From an archaeon (GTDB taxonomy: Archaea > Iainarchaeota > Iainarchaeia > Iainarchaeales > JAAZKV01): a stretch of 64,000 bases of DNA. A program made the translations under genes and the position numbers. How positions within the stretch are numbered: the first letter of the stretch is position 1; every line of letters starts with the position of its first letter. The notes beneath the pieces were generated by a model. That model saw only the letters and a list, made by a program, of their open reading frames with translations. It was not told the DNA's origin and did no database searches. Location: assembly GCA_041653195.1 (NCBI GenBank), contig JBAZFU010000002.1:87639-151638 (forward strand). Direction: 5' to 3'. Below are positions 47,102 through 55,149 of this stretch, one piece after another.

Positions 47102-48139
47102 ATGAATGCAGAAAAAAAAAGAACGGGGGCACCGATTCTGGCCGACATGCACACCCATCTCCTCGAAAAAAGAGTAAGCCCCAAAAAATGGTGGAAATTA
47201 GTAAAAGCAAGAAAACTTTCAGTAGTCGCGATAACCGAGCATGGAGAAAAAAAACCGAAAAAAGCCTACTTAAAACTTTTAAAGGCCAGACCCAAACAAA
47301 TGCGAAACATGCTCCTAATTCCAGGAATGGAAGCAAAAACAAACGCGGGACACGTTTTGGTTTACGGACAGGATGCGAGCATTTACGAAATAAAAAAATT
47401 ACAGGAAAAAAATGTTCCACTAAAAAAAGTTCTGGAAATTGCAAAGTGCAACAATTTGACAGTGAGCCTTTCCCATCCATACGGCTACAAGCTTGATTCA
47501 GCATGCGAAATAATCGGCGAAAAAAAAGTGAAACAATTGCTCGCGCGAAACATGATCGGAATCGAGTATTACAACGGAATGCTCGGCTCTGCCAACGACT
47601 TTATTTTCAGGACCGAGTGGGTAAGAAAACTTTACAATTTCTTTGATTTCGCGGAAAAAAATCGCGTCGCAAAAAAATTACGCATAGCGAAGAGAAGCGG
47701 GCGAACAAAAAGAAAACTCGAAAAAATATCAAAAGAAACAATTGAAAGAGTCCAGAAACCAATACTTCTTTCAAGAAGCGCAAAATTCATAACCGTTGGA
47801 AGCGACGCCCATTATCCAAAAAATATTGGAAGCGCAGTAATCGAACTAAAAAAAAGGCCGAAAGACGCCGCCGAATTTTTGAAAATGATAAGAAATAGGG
47901 AGACACTACTCGCGGGACCGAATTTTTATTCACAAAACCCTGTTGATGAGCTGAAGAAAAAAGAACTTTTTGAAGGACTAAAATATGTAGCCGAATCCAG
48001 AGTCGGCCGAATAAAAAAATCCAAATTAGTGAGAAACGTAAAAAAATCAAGAATCGCGAAAAAAATAACAAAAACAAAAATAACAGGAAAAATAAAAAAA
48101 GCAGTAGGAAAACTTAGAAAAAAAATAAGAAGAAAATAA
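47102..48139 (+). CDS. PHP-domain metal-dependent phosphoesterase with Lys-rich C-terminal tail
   Basis: ILADMHTHL, VVAITEHGE, GMEAKT, LSHPYG and VGSDAHY motifs. The last 70 aa or so are Lys/Ile/Arg low-complexity. Confidence 0.8.
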   Translation: MNAEKKRTGAPILADMHTHLLEKRVSPKKWWKLVKARKLSVVAITEHGEKKPKKAYLKLLKARPKQMRNMLLIPGMEAKTNAGHVLVYGQDASIYEIKKLQEKNVPLKKVLEIAKCNNLTVSLSHPYGYKLDSACEIIGEKKVKQLLARNMIGIEYYNGMLGSANDFIFRTEWVRKLYNFFDFAEKNRVAKKLRIAKRSGRTKRKLEKISKETIERVQKPILLSRSAKFITVGSDAHYPKNIGSAVIELKKRPKDAAEFLKMIRNRETLLAGPNFYSQNPVDELKKKELFEGLKYVAESRVGRIKKSKLVRNVKKSRIAKKITKTKITGKIKKAVGKLRKKIRRK

Positions 48140-48157
48140 AAAAAGGAGGAAACAAAA

Positions 48158-48565
48158 ATGAAATATGCAATCTCAAACAAAACAAACATAGAAAAAATCC
48201 CAAGCGACACTGAAGAAATACATCTCACGAGGCCGATAAAAGTTAAGTCCCTGAAAAAACTGCTCGCAAAATGCCACATAAGAAAAATAACGCTTTCGGG
48301 CTCCTGCTTCCAAAGGCTCTCTCCAAAAACAAAAAAAATTGTTGCAGAAAACGGAATAGAACTCGCGACTGAAAAAAAACGAGGACGTGCGATAAGCATT
48401 CCTCTCAAAACCCTGCTCTACATAATAGAACTGAAAAAAGATTACCAGAGCATAAGGGAAATTGAAAAATTAACAGGCATTCCGAAGTCAACGGTGCATT
48501 ACTTGGTGAAATACGCGGAGCGCGCAAAGATTCACAAAGGAAAAGAAATAATTTACCTGAAATAA
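48158..48565 (+). CDS. Small protein with C-terminal HTH
   Basis: SIREIEKLTGIPKSTVHYLVKYAERAKI resembles a resolvase-type HTH. It starts 18 nt downstream of the PHP gene. Confidence 0.55.
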   Translation: MKYAISNKTNIEKIPSDTEEIHLTRPIKVKSLKKLLAKCHIRKITLSGSCFQRLSPKTKKIVAENGIELATEKKRGRAISIPLKTLLYIIELKKDYQSIREIEKLTGIPKSTVHYLVKYAERAKIHKGKEIIYLK

Positions 48566-48590
48566 ATAAGAATAAAAAGCAGTTTTCTTT

Positions 48591-49559
48591 TCAAACACCT
48601 GACTTAATTATCTTCACGCACTTTTCAAGAACTTGCTCTGGAGGAACGCTTCCTTTCCACTGTGCGGCGCCCGGATGCCCGCCGATTTCACCGCCCAATT
48701 CCTTTTGAAGCGGAACCAAGACATGCTTCATTAAACTGAAATGTTTCTTTTCCATGAAACCCGTTTCCAGCCTGCCGGAAAGAGTCGTTGAACCATTTTT
48801 CTCGGAACCGCAAACCAAAGCGATATGCGCGCCGAGCTCCAAGAGCTTTGAAGCGGCTGCGCTCTGATAAAAAGAAAGCGTACTCGTAACAATTACTGTT
48901 CCTTTAAAATCCTGAACCTGCGCACGCTGAGCCGCCTTGAAAAAAGCGATACGCTCGTCATCAGGAATCTTGTGCCTCGAAAAAAACAATACGTCTGCGT
49001 AATTTTTGCCGGATTTTTTCAAACAAAATGCAAAATCGAAAAAAGCGTCTGCATTTGAAACAATAAAACCGCTCGTATCCTCGAATATCCCTATGCACGC
49101 GTAGAAAAAAGCTTTTTTTGAAAAACTTTTTCCAAATTCTTTGAAAAGGAGCTGCGTTGTCGAAACACAGTTCTCGTCAAGGACCGCGTTTTTTCCGCGA
49201 ACGATGCTCCGCTTCTCTATTACGTGATGATCGAAAGCAAAAACCTTTATCGATTTGTTGAGGCAAAGGAATTTTTCGCGCAATTTTCCCAACTGCTCGA
49301 AATCATTAAAATCAAAAATAATTATTGCACCAAAATCCGAAAAATCAGGGTCTAATTGAAAAGAAATTTTTTCCGAGAGTGCGAATTGCATTGCCTGCTC
49401 GCTCATGCGCGAAGGCACTCCTATGACGGAAGAAATCTTTTTGCGCAAAAGGACCTCGCGCATTATGGCGGCGGAACAAAAGGAATCGAGGTCCGCATGC
49501 TCGTGCGTGAGAAGCAGAACCCTTTTCCCCTTCAATTTTTCAAACATACTAACTTTCAC
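48591..49559 (-). CDS. DHH/DHHA1 phosphoesterase (NrnA-like)
   Basis: LLLTHEHADLDSFCSA, AFDHH and GGEIGGHPGAAQ (DHHA1 GGGH-like) motifs. Confidence 0.85.
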   Translation of the reverse strand: MKVSMFEKLKGKRVLLLTHEHADLDSFCSAAIMREVLLRKKISSVIGVPSRMSEQAMQFALSEKISFQLDPDFSDFGAIIIFDFNDFEQLGKLREKFLCLNKSIKVFAFDHHVIEKRSIVRGKNAVLDENCVSTTQLLFKEFGKSFSKKAFFYACIGIFEDTSGFIVSNADAFFDFAFCLKKSGKNYADVLFFSRHKIPDDERIAFFKAAQRAQVQDFKGTVIVTSTLSFYQSAAASKLLELGAHIALVCGSEKNGSTTLSGRLETGFMEKKHFSLMKHVLVPLQKELGGEIGGHPGAAQWKGSVPPEQVLEKCVKIIKSGV

Positions 49560-49570
49560 GGGAAAAAAAA

Positions 49571-49945
49571 CTATTTTGAAGATTTTTTCTTCGAATCCTT
49601 TTTTCCTTCCGAACTTTTTTTCGCAGAACCTTCTATTTCAGCTTTGAGCGAATTAAGTTTTTTCAAAGTATTCTCTTCCTGCTTTTGCAGAGTCTTGAGC
49701 CTCAGTTCAACGGTTTCCATTTTCTCTTCAAGTTCCTTTTGAACTTCCTTAGTACTCTTTTTTATAAGAATATTTCCAACCGCTTTGAGAACCGATTCTT
49801 CCTTCGTTTTTTTTAATTCATCCAAAGAACTTTGTATTAATTCTTTTTGAAACGCGAACTGCTGTTTCTGCTGAGCAACACCGCCAAGGAACTGCCTGTT
49901 CCTCTCAAACTCGACTATCGCCGCTCTTTTTTCCTCATCATTCAT
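49571..49945 (-). CDS. pfdB: Prefoldin beta subunit
   Basis: Two coiled-coil arms flank VLKAVGNILIKKSTKE, in the position typical of pfdB at the end of the exosome superoperon. Confidence 0.85.
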   Translation of the reverse strand: MNDEEKRAAIVEFERNRQFLGGVAQQKQQFAFQKELIQSSLDELKKTKEESVLKAVGNILIKKSTKEVQKELEEKMETVELRLKTLQKQEENTLKKLNSLKAEIEGSAKKSSEGKKDSKKKSSK

Positions 49946-50000
49946 AAAACCCCTCCAAAAAAATAATTTTAATTTTTTTTAATTTTATTTTATTTCTTCC

Positions 50001-50237
50001 TTATTTAATTTCTTTCAACTGGTTAAAAAGAATGTAAGGCTTCATAATCGAGTTTTCCGAAGCACGAAGAGCTGTTTTATCGGAAGCCGTTATAATCGCG
50101 TTGACTCTGTTTTTTCGCAGAGTCATTTTTACGCTGCTTCTCAAAAACTTTTCCTCAAGCTCGGGCCCTATCGATTCGAAAAAAATTTTCGCCCCCTTTT
50201 CAGAATCAAAACTCAAATCCAATTCTCTCTTATGCAT
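50001..50237 (-). CDS. pcc1: KEOPS subunit Pcc1-like
   Basis: 78 aa. A...IFFESIGPE...RSSVKMTLRKNRVNAIITASDKTALRASENSIMKPY follows the Pcc1 pattern. Confidence 0.7.
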   Translation of the reverse strand: MHKRELDLSFDSEKGAKIFFESIGPELEEKFLRSSVKMTLRKNRVNAIITASDKTALRASENSIMKPYILFNQLKEIK

Positions 50238-50296
50238 GAAATCAATTCAAAAACTTTTTCAAAAAAACAAAAAAAATTAAAAAAATTTTGATTCCG

Positions 50297-50431
50297 TTAA
50301 ACAGCCTTCATTTCTTTTGCAAGCGTATCCCTTGTCTTATACAATATTCTGTAACCGCACTTCGGACAGCGCACAGTTCCTTCGGCAACGCTCTGAACTT
50401 CTGCCCCGCATTTTACGCATTTAAATGTCAT
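50297..50431 (-). CDS. rpoP: RNA polymerase subunit P (Rpo12/RPABC4)
   Basis: Not in the ORF track because it is only 44 aa. The minus-strand ATG at 50431 gives MTFKCVKCGAEVQSVAEGTVRCPKCGYRILYKTRDTLAKEMKAV, with two CxxC pairs and the RCP.CGYRIL.K.R pattern of RpoP. Confidence 0.8.
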   Translation of the reverse strand: MTFKCVKCGAEVQSVAEGTVRCPKCGYRILYKTRDTLAKEMKAV

Positions 50432-50888
50432 CAAAATCACCCTCTTTCTTTTTTCCCTTAGAATCCTTTTTCTTTGGTTTTCCGCTCTTCAATTTTTTTT
50501 CAGACTTTTTGAAATCTTCAGCCATTGGAACGGCAACATCTTCCTGCAAAAGCGCCTTCTCCACTTCTCTTTCAATATCCGCAAAACTGCTTTCCTTTAC
50601 TTTGGATAAATCCATTGAACTTGTAAAAAAAGCTTTTTGAGAAACAGCTTTTCTAACGGCTTTTCCAGGCAAAGTTTCCACTTCATAGGCCCCGCCTGTA
50701 AATTCCGCTCCGCACTTTCTGCACTCAAACAATCCTGCAGCGATTCTTTTTACATTTTGAAACCCGCAGGTCGGACAGGCACTAAGGGTTTTCTGCCTCG
50801 CAGAAACCTTCAATAGCCTCTTCCTTATTCCGACTCCGTAGCGCGAACCGTAACGTCCCGCAACATCAACTTTCCTCGTTTTCCCCAT
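50421..50888 (-). CDS. rpl37ae: Ribosomal protein L37Ae (eL43) with acidic/Lys-rich C-terminal extension of about 65 aa
   Basis: GRYGSRYGVGIRKRL...CPTCGF...WECRKCG-like zinc ribbon (FECRKCGAEFTGGAY). 155 aa, against about 90 aa that I recall as typical. Confidence 0.9.
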   Translation of the reverse strand: MGKTRKVDVAGRYGSRYGVGIRKRLLKVSARQKTLSACPTCGFQNVKRIAAGLFECRKCGAEFTGGAYEVETLPGKAVRKAVSQKAFFTSSMDLSKVKESSFADIEREVEKALLQEDVAVPMAEDFKKSEKKLKSGKPKKKDSKGKKKEGDFDDI

Positions 50889-50940
50889 TAATGCTCACCA
50901 ATAAATCTTTTTTCTGACAAAATTCTGGAAAAAAGCATTT

Positions 50941-51732
50941 TTAAAGCTTAGAGATTTTTGCTCTAACCTCTTTTCCAACCTCAAATGCCTTTTCAATCAT
51001 TTCATCAACTTCTTCCGCCCTAAAAGAACCGCCTATTCCCTTCTGCATTGCCGCCATGTAATTGTCTTCGGTCGTTGAAACCGAGAACCTTGCTTCGGCA
51101 GCTTTTTCCTCAATGTAGGTCGGATCCAAAAGAATTTTTCCACCAACTTTAACAAATGTTGTGAGAATAGGAATTCTTTTCAAGTCAAGTTTTCCGGAAT
51201 ACTCGCCTTTCACTATTCTGTTGTTCTCATCAAGCTTAGGAATTTTTCCCTGCATAAAGCAAACAACCGCGGCAAGCGCACCGGCATCGAAAATATTTCC
51301 GTCGCCGTTTATCGCGTACAAATCAATGTACCCTATCCAAGAAAGTTCCCCTTCTTTGATGCACAACTTGTTGAAATCAATCGCCTTGCTTTCTCTAATT
51401 CCTCTGTCAATTACTCTTCCGATTTCAACTTCATTTACCGAAGGCGGGCCTATCTCAAAATCCGGGTTTGACAAAGCCAATAATTCCGCTCCGATTGAAA
51501 TTGACCCCTCATCAGGGCTATCGGGATACGGCGTGCCAGTAGCCATTTTTAATCCCGCCAAAACTTCTGTTTCTCCAAGCCTAACTCTTGCAGAACCTTC
51601 CGCGTTTTCAGCGAAACCAGTTTCGATTGTGACTTTACGCATCTCGTAAGGTTTTCTTCCGTCAAGCCTTTTTCCTTCCTTCGCCATTTCAACTACTTTT
51701 GATATTTCGTATTCTAAAACTGTTGACCTCAC
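50941..51732 (-). CDS. rrp42: Exosome complex subunit Rrp42
   Basis: RNase PH-like fold (GKRLDGRKPYEMRKVTIETG...GSARVRLGETEVLAG). It overlaps rrp41 by 4 nt. Confidence 0.9.
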   Translation of the reverse strand: MRSTVLEYEISKVVEMAKEGKRLDGRKPYEMRKVTIETGFAENAEGSARVRLGETEVLAGLKMATGTPYPDSPDEGSISIGAELLALSNPDFEIGPPSVNEVEIGRVIDRGIRESKAIDFNKLCIKEGELSWIGYIDLYAINGDGNIFDAGALAAVVCFMQGKIPKLDENNRIVKGEYSGKLDLKRIPILTTFVKVGGKILLDPTYIEEKAAEARFSVSTTEDNYMAAMQKGIGGSFRAEEVDEMIEKAFEVGKEVRAKISKL

Positions 51733-52607
51733 TTTTTCACCTTCTTTTCTTTTTCATTTTTTTCTTTTCCTTTTTCTTTCTTATCGTTTTTTTCCTCGAT
51801 TTTTTCCTTGCCTTTAATTTTTTCTTTTTTTGAAGAAGAATCTTCTCCGGATTCTGAAGCCCCGTTTATTTCACCGAGCTCGAACTTTTCCTTCAAAGCC
51901 TTTTTCTGCACCTCATAAACCTGTGCACAACCCTTCATCCCCATGGCAACAACTTTTTTCCATTCCTCTTTTGTAAGAAGTCCGTCCATCTGGAGCAAAA
52001 CTATTTCGCCGCTGTTCGGCAAAATTGCGAGCGGAACATCAACCGCATCGTCAGCATCCTCTTCCTCCTTATTCAAGTCCATTATTATTTCGTTGAAAGC
52101 CTTTCCGACACCTGTCGCAGAAACCAAATCTCTCATCGGGATTCCCGCATCGGCTATCGCAACGCTTGCCGCTGCAAGACACGCAACCCTTGAACCTGCA
52201 TTCGAATCGACAACTTCCACTAAAACACTTATTTCAGTGTTAGGAAATTGCTCGACAAAAATCGCTTTTTCAAGTGCTTCCGAAAGAACTTTCGAAATTT
52301 CCTGGTCTCGCCTATTCGGCCTCGGATTTTTTCTTTCAGGAACTGAGAAAGCAGTCATTCTATAATTTGCTTTCACAACAGCTTTGAACGGATTCTGCGT
52401 GTGCTTAGGCAACGCTTCTCTTGGCCCATAAACCGCTGCATAAACTTTGTTCTGTCCCCATTCAAGGTAAGCCGAACCATTCGCATTCGGAATTACGCCG
52501 ACCTTTATGCTTATCGGTCTCAATTCATCCATTTTTCGCCCGTCAACCCTTTTCTTATCCTTCTTGTAGTCGGGCACTACTTCCATTTTTTTACCCATAT
52601 TTTTCAC
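51729..52607 (-). CDS. rrp41: Exosome complex exonuclease Rrp41 with Lys/Glu-rich C-terminal tail
   Basis: RVDGRKMDELRPISIKVGV...NGSAYLEWGQNKVYAAVYGPRE...NAGSRVACLAAASVAIADAGIPMRDLV aligns closely with archaeal Rrp41. An extra tail of about 50 aa follows (SSKKEKIKGKEKIEEKNDKKEKGKEKNEKEKKVKK). Confidence 0.93.
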   Translation of the reverse strand: MKNMGKKMEVVPDYKKDKKRVDGRKMDELRPISIKVGVIPNANGSAYLEWGQNKVYAAVYGPREALPKHTQNPFKAVVKANYRMTAFSVPERKNPRPNRRDQEISKVLSEALEKAIFVEQFPNTEISVLVEVVDSNAGSRVACLAAASVAIADAGIPMRDLVSATGVGKAFNEIIMDLNKEEEDADDAVDVPLAILPNSGEIVLLQMDGLLTKEEWKKVVAMGMKGCAQVYEVQKKALKEKFELGEINGASESGEDSSSKKEKIKGKEKIEEKNDKKEKGKEKNEKEKKVKK

Positions 52608-52721
52608 CTTTTCCTTTTCATCTCCAATTTAAATTTTATTTTCAAATTTTTTATTTTTACTCTTACTTTTTTCTCAATTCTTTTAAATTATTTTTAAATT
52701 TTTTCCGCATTTTTTTATTTT

Positions 52722-53369
52722 TTAATTTCTCTCCGATTGCGGATTTTCCCCGCTTACTTTTTTTCCCTTCTTTTTAAGAATCTCTTCAACTGTGCTGGTC
52801 AAGTGGCTCTTGTACGAATTCTCATTAATAAAAGAAACGAGTTCCTTTAAAAGTTCAAAGTTTCCGTCACGCGCCCAAACCCTGCCGTTTTTCCCAATTA
52901 TTATATTTGCACCTGTTCCATTTTTCAAAAGCTCAAGCATCGAAGCATTTTTCCCGATAAGCCTTGGAACCCTAACAGGAGTAACTTCAATCACATCTCC
53001 GCCCATAAGCTTTCTCGGAAAATCAAGTTCGGCTTCTCTCAGTTCATTCACATAACTTACTTTCGCCGAAATCAAATCCCCCATTCTCAATTCTTCTCTC
53101 ATCGCAGACTTTGGAATAAAAGAAGAACCGAAAGAATTCACATCAATGCCATAACCGGCAAAAACAACTCTCGAAACAACTCCTATCACAACATCGTCCT
53201 GCACAGGCATGTAAAGCCCGTTCAACGGAACAACATTCGCAAAATCGCCCTCCGTGTCCGTTATCCCCAAAACCTTCGAATATATTCTTCCATTTGCGAT
53301 ATACACGTTACTCCCTATTTTTTTTCTATCCTCAGACACCAACTGGCCGGGAACCACTACTTCTTTCAT
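52722..53369 (-). CDS. rrp4: Exosome RNA-binding subunit Rrp4 (S1 + KH)
   Basis: VVPGQLV...GDLISAKV (S1) and VTPVRVPRLIGKNASMLELLKNGTGANIIIGKNGRVW (KH). Confidence 0.88.
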   Translation of the reverse strand: MKEVVVPGQLVSEDRKKIGSNVYIANGRIYSKVLGITDTEGDFANVVPLNGLYMPVQDDVVIGVVSRVVFAGYGIDVNSFGSSFIPKSAMREELRMGDLISAKVSYVNELREAELDFPRKLMGGDVIEVTPVRVPRLIGKNASMLELLKNGTGANIIIGKNGRVWARDGNFELLKELVSFINENSYKSHLTSTVEEILKKKGKKVSGENPQSERN

Positions 53370-53441
53370 TCAATCACCTTTTCTCCTTTCTTTTTCAATC
53401 AAAATTTTTTAATCTTAAAAATTTTTTCGCACAACCACTTT

Positions 53442-54134
53442 TTATTCAATTATTTTTACTACAATGTCTCCGTGCGTCGCCGAATTCAATTTATTAAGCA
53501 AATCCTGTTTTAACCCTGCCGGCAACCGGAACTCTGCGGCAAGCGAACCGTCATTTAACCACTGCTCTTTGCTTATTTCAAACTTGTGAATTATTGCGGA
53601 ACATTTTCCAGCGTGCTCTGCCGGAATCTTAATCGCAAAATCAACTTTCTCCATTGAAATCGGAATAATCGGTTTCAAAGCCCTCATTATTTCCTCAACC
53701 TGTTCCTCAGTGCTCTTGAAAGCGTCTATATGAACCTTGGCCTGTTCCATTGCATTTTGGATTCTCTGCGGAGGATGCGGAATTTTTGTCTGCGGATTTA
53801 TCGCATTCCTTGAAATAAAATTAAAAATCTCAGCTTTCTTTTTTTCAAGCATAGCTCTTCTCTGCTCGGTCGTAAGCTGAACCTCGCCGTCCTGAATAAT
53901 TTTTTTCGCAACAACATTCATATCAGTCGTCAAAAAAACTTTTTGCACAACATCCTTTCCCTGCTCGTCGCCCTTTCTCGAATCCTTAAAAACTCTTTCA
54001 ACAGCGAGCAAATTCCCCAAATCAACTTCCTTTCCGTGCTTAACTTCCATTGCAAGATTCGGGTCCACAAGAAGCTCAAAAGCATGCCCGCCCTTCTCAA
54101 TTCTTGCAATAACCGCTTCGTTCATTTTTACCAT
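53442..54134 (-). CDS. SBDS family ribosome maturation protein
   Basis: [19 protein letters not shown]...[10 protein letters not shown]... N-terminal FYSH domain pattern, in the conserved position between psmA and rrp4. Confidence 0.9.
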   Translation of the reverse strand: MVKMNEAVIARIEKGGHAFELLVDPNLAMEVKHGKEVDLGNLLAVERVFKDSRKGDEQGKDVVQKVFLTTDMNVVAKKIIQDGEVQLTTEQRRAMLEKKKAEIFNFISRNAINPQTKIPHPPQRIQNAMEQAKVHIDAFKSTEEQVEEIMRALKPIIPISMEKVDFAIKIPAEHAGKCSAIIHKFEISKEQWLNDGSLAAEFRLPAGLKQDLLNKLNSATHGDIVVKIIE

Positions 54135-54269
54135 AAAAACACTTCAAAAAAATTTTCTTCAAAAATTTTATTTTCCATTTCGCCAAATCCGCGAATAACT
54201 TTTTTCATTTTTAGGAACCACTAATTTCTGCAGAATGATTACAAAAACCGAAAAAGGTATTCCAAAAAA

Positions 54270-54995
54270 TTATTTCACCAATTGTTTTGCTTCCTGCAAA
54301 CTCAAATTCCTAAAACCATTATCATCAATAACTGCAAAAGCAATTCTTTCAACAGAAATTTTTTCTTTCTCGGGCAAACTCCTTTCAATAGCTTTGTAAG
54401 CAAGCGAAGCCGCCTTGTCCAAAGCTTGACCTTCCCTATACTCTTTTTCCAAAAAATGAATAGCTTTTTCCTTGTTTCTTCCGATTGCAACGGCTTTATA
54501 CTGCGCCAACGCGCCGCTCGGTTCCGTTTCAAAAATACTCGGCCCCGTTTCATCAACACCACCGACAATAAATGCTACGCCGAAAGGCCGCATACCGCCG
54601 TACTGTGTGAATGACTGCTTCGTTTCCGCAATTTCTTTTGCCATTACACTAACCTGAATTTTTTCACTAAAAACCATTCTATTGTCCTGCGCCTGCCTTC
54701 TCGCAATTCCGACTAATCTTCGCGCATCACCCACAAGCCCTGCAGAAACCACTCCAATATTTTCATCAATCTTAAAAATTTTTTCAATAGACCCCGTAAG
54801 CATTAAATCGCTCTTAATCATTTTATCTGCCGCAAGCAAAACGCCGTCTTTGTAAATTATTCCAATGCCTGTTGTCCCCTGTTCAACAATTTTCGAAGCA
54901 TATTCCACTTGGTATAATCTCCCGTCCGGAGAAAACATTGTCGGAACCTTATCATAGGCGGGAACCTTTGAAGCCGGAGGGTACATAAAAATCAA
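54270..54995 (-). CDS. psmA: Proteasome alpha subunit
   Basis: YDKVPTMFSPDGRLYQVEYA and GTTGIGI blocks. Confidence 0.93.
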   Translation of the reverse strand: MIFMYPPASKVPAYDKVPTMFSPDGRLYQVEYASKIVEQGTTGIGIIYKDGVLLAADKMIKSDLMLTGSIEKIFKIDENIGVVSAGLVGDARRLVGIARRQAQDNRMVFSEKIQVSVMAKEIAETKQSFTQYGGMRPFGVAFIVGGVDETGPSIFETEPSGALAQYKAVAIGRNKEKAIHFLEKEYREGQALDKAASLAYKAIERSLPEKEKISVERIAFAVIDDNGFRNLSLQEAKQLVK

Positions 54996-55149
54996 CTCTT
55001 AAAAACAACCTTTTAATAAAAGGCTGGCGAAAACCTTAACGAAAACTTTGCTTTTTCCTTCTTTTCCTTTCAATAAATCTATTAAAAGAGAGACTTTTTA
55101 AAGGTTTTTAAAACACCTTAAAACCGCGCAAAAATAAAATTATCCGCAC

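Noticed and set aside
47926-48408. 160-aa minus-strand ORF rich in Phe/Ile.
   Set aside because: It is the mirror image of the Lys-rich tail of the PHP protein and the start of the HTH gene.
54135-54269. 26-aa minus-strand mini-ORF ([26 protein letters not shown]) overlapping the SBDS start.
   Set aside because: It is too short, has no recognisable motif, and is likely chance in an A/T-rich leader.
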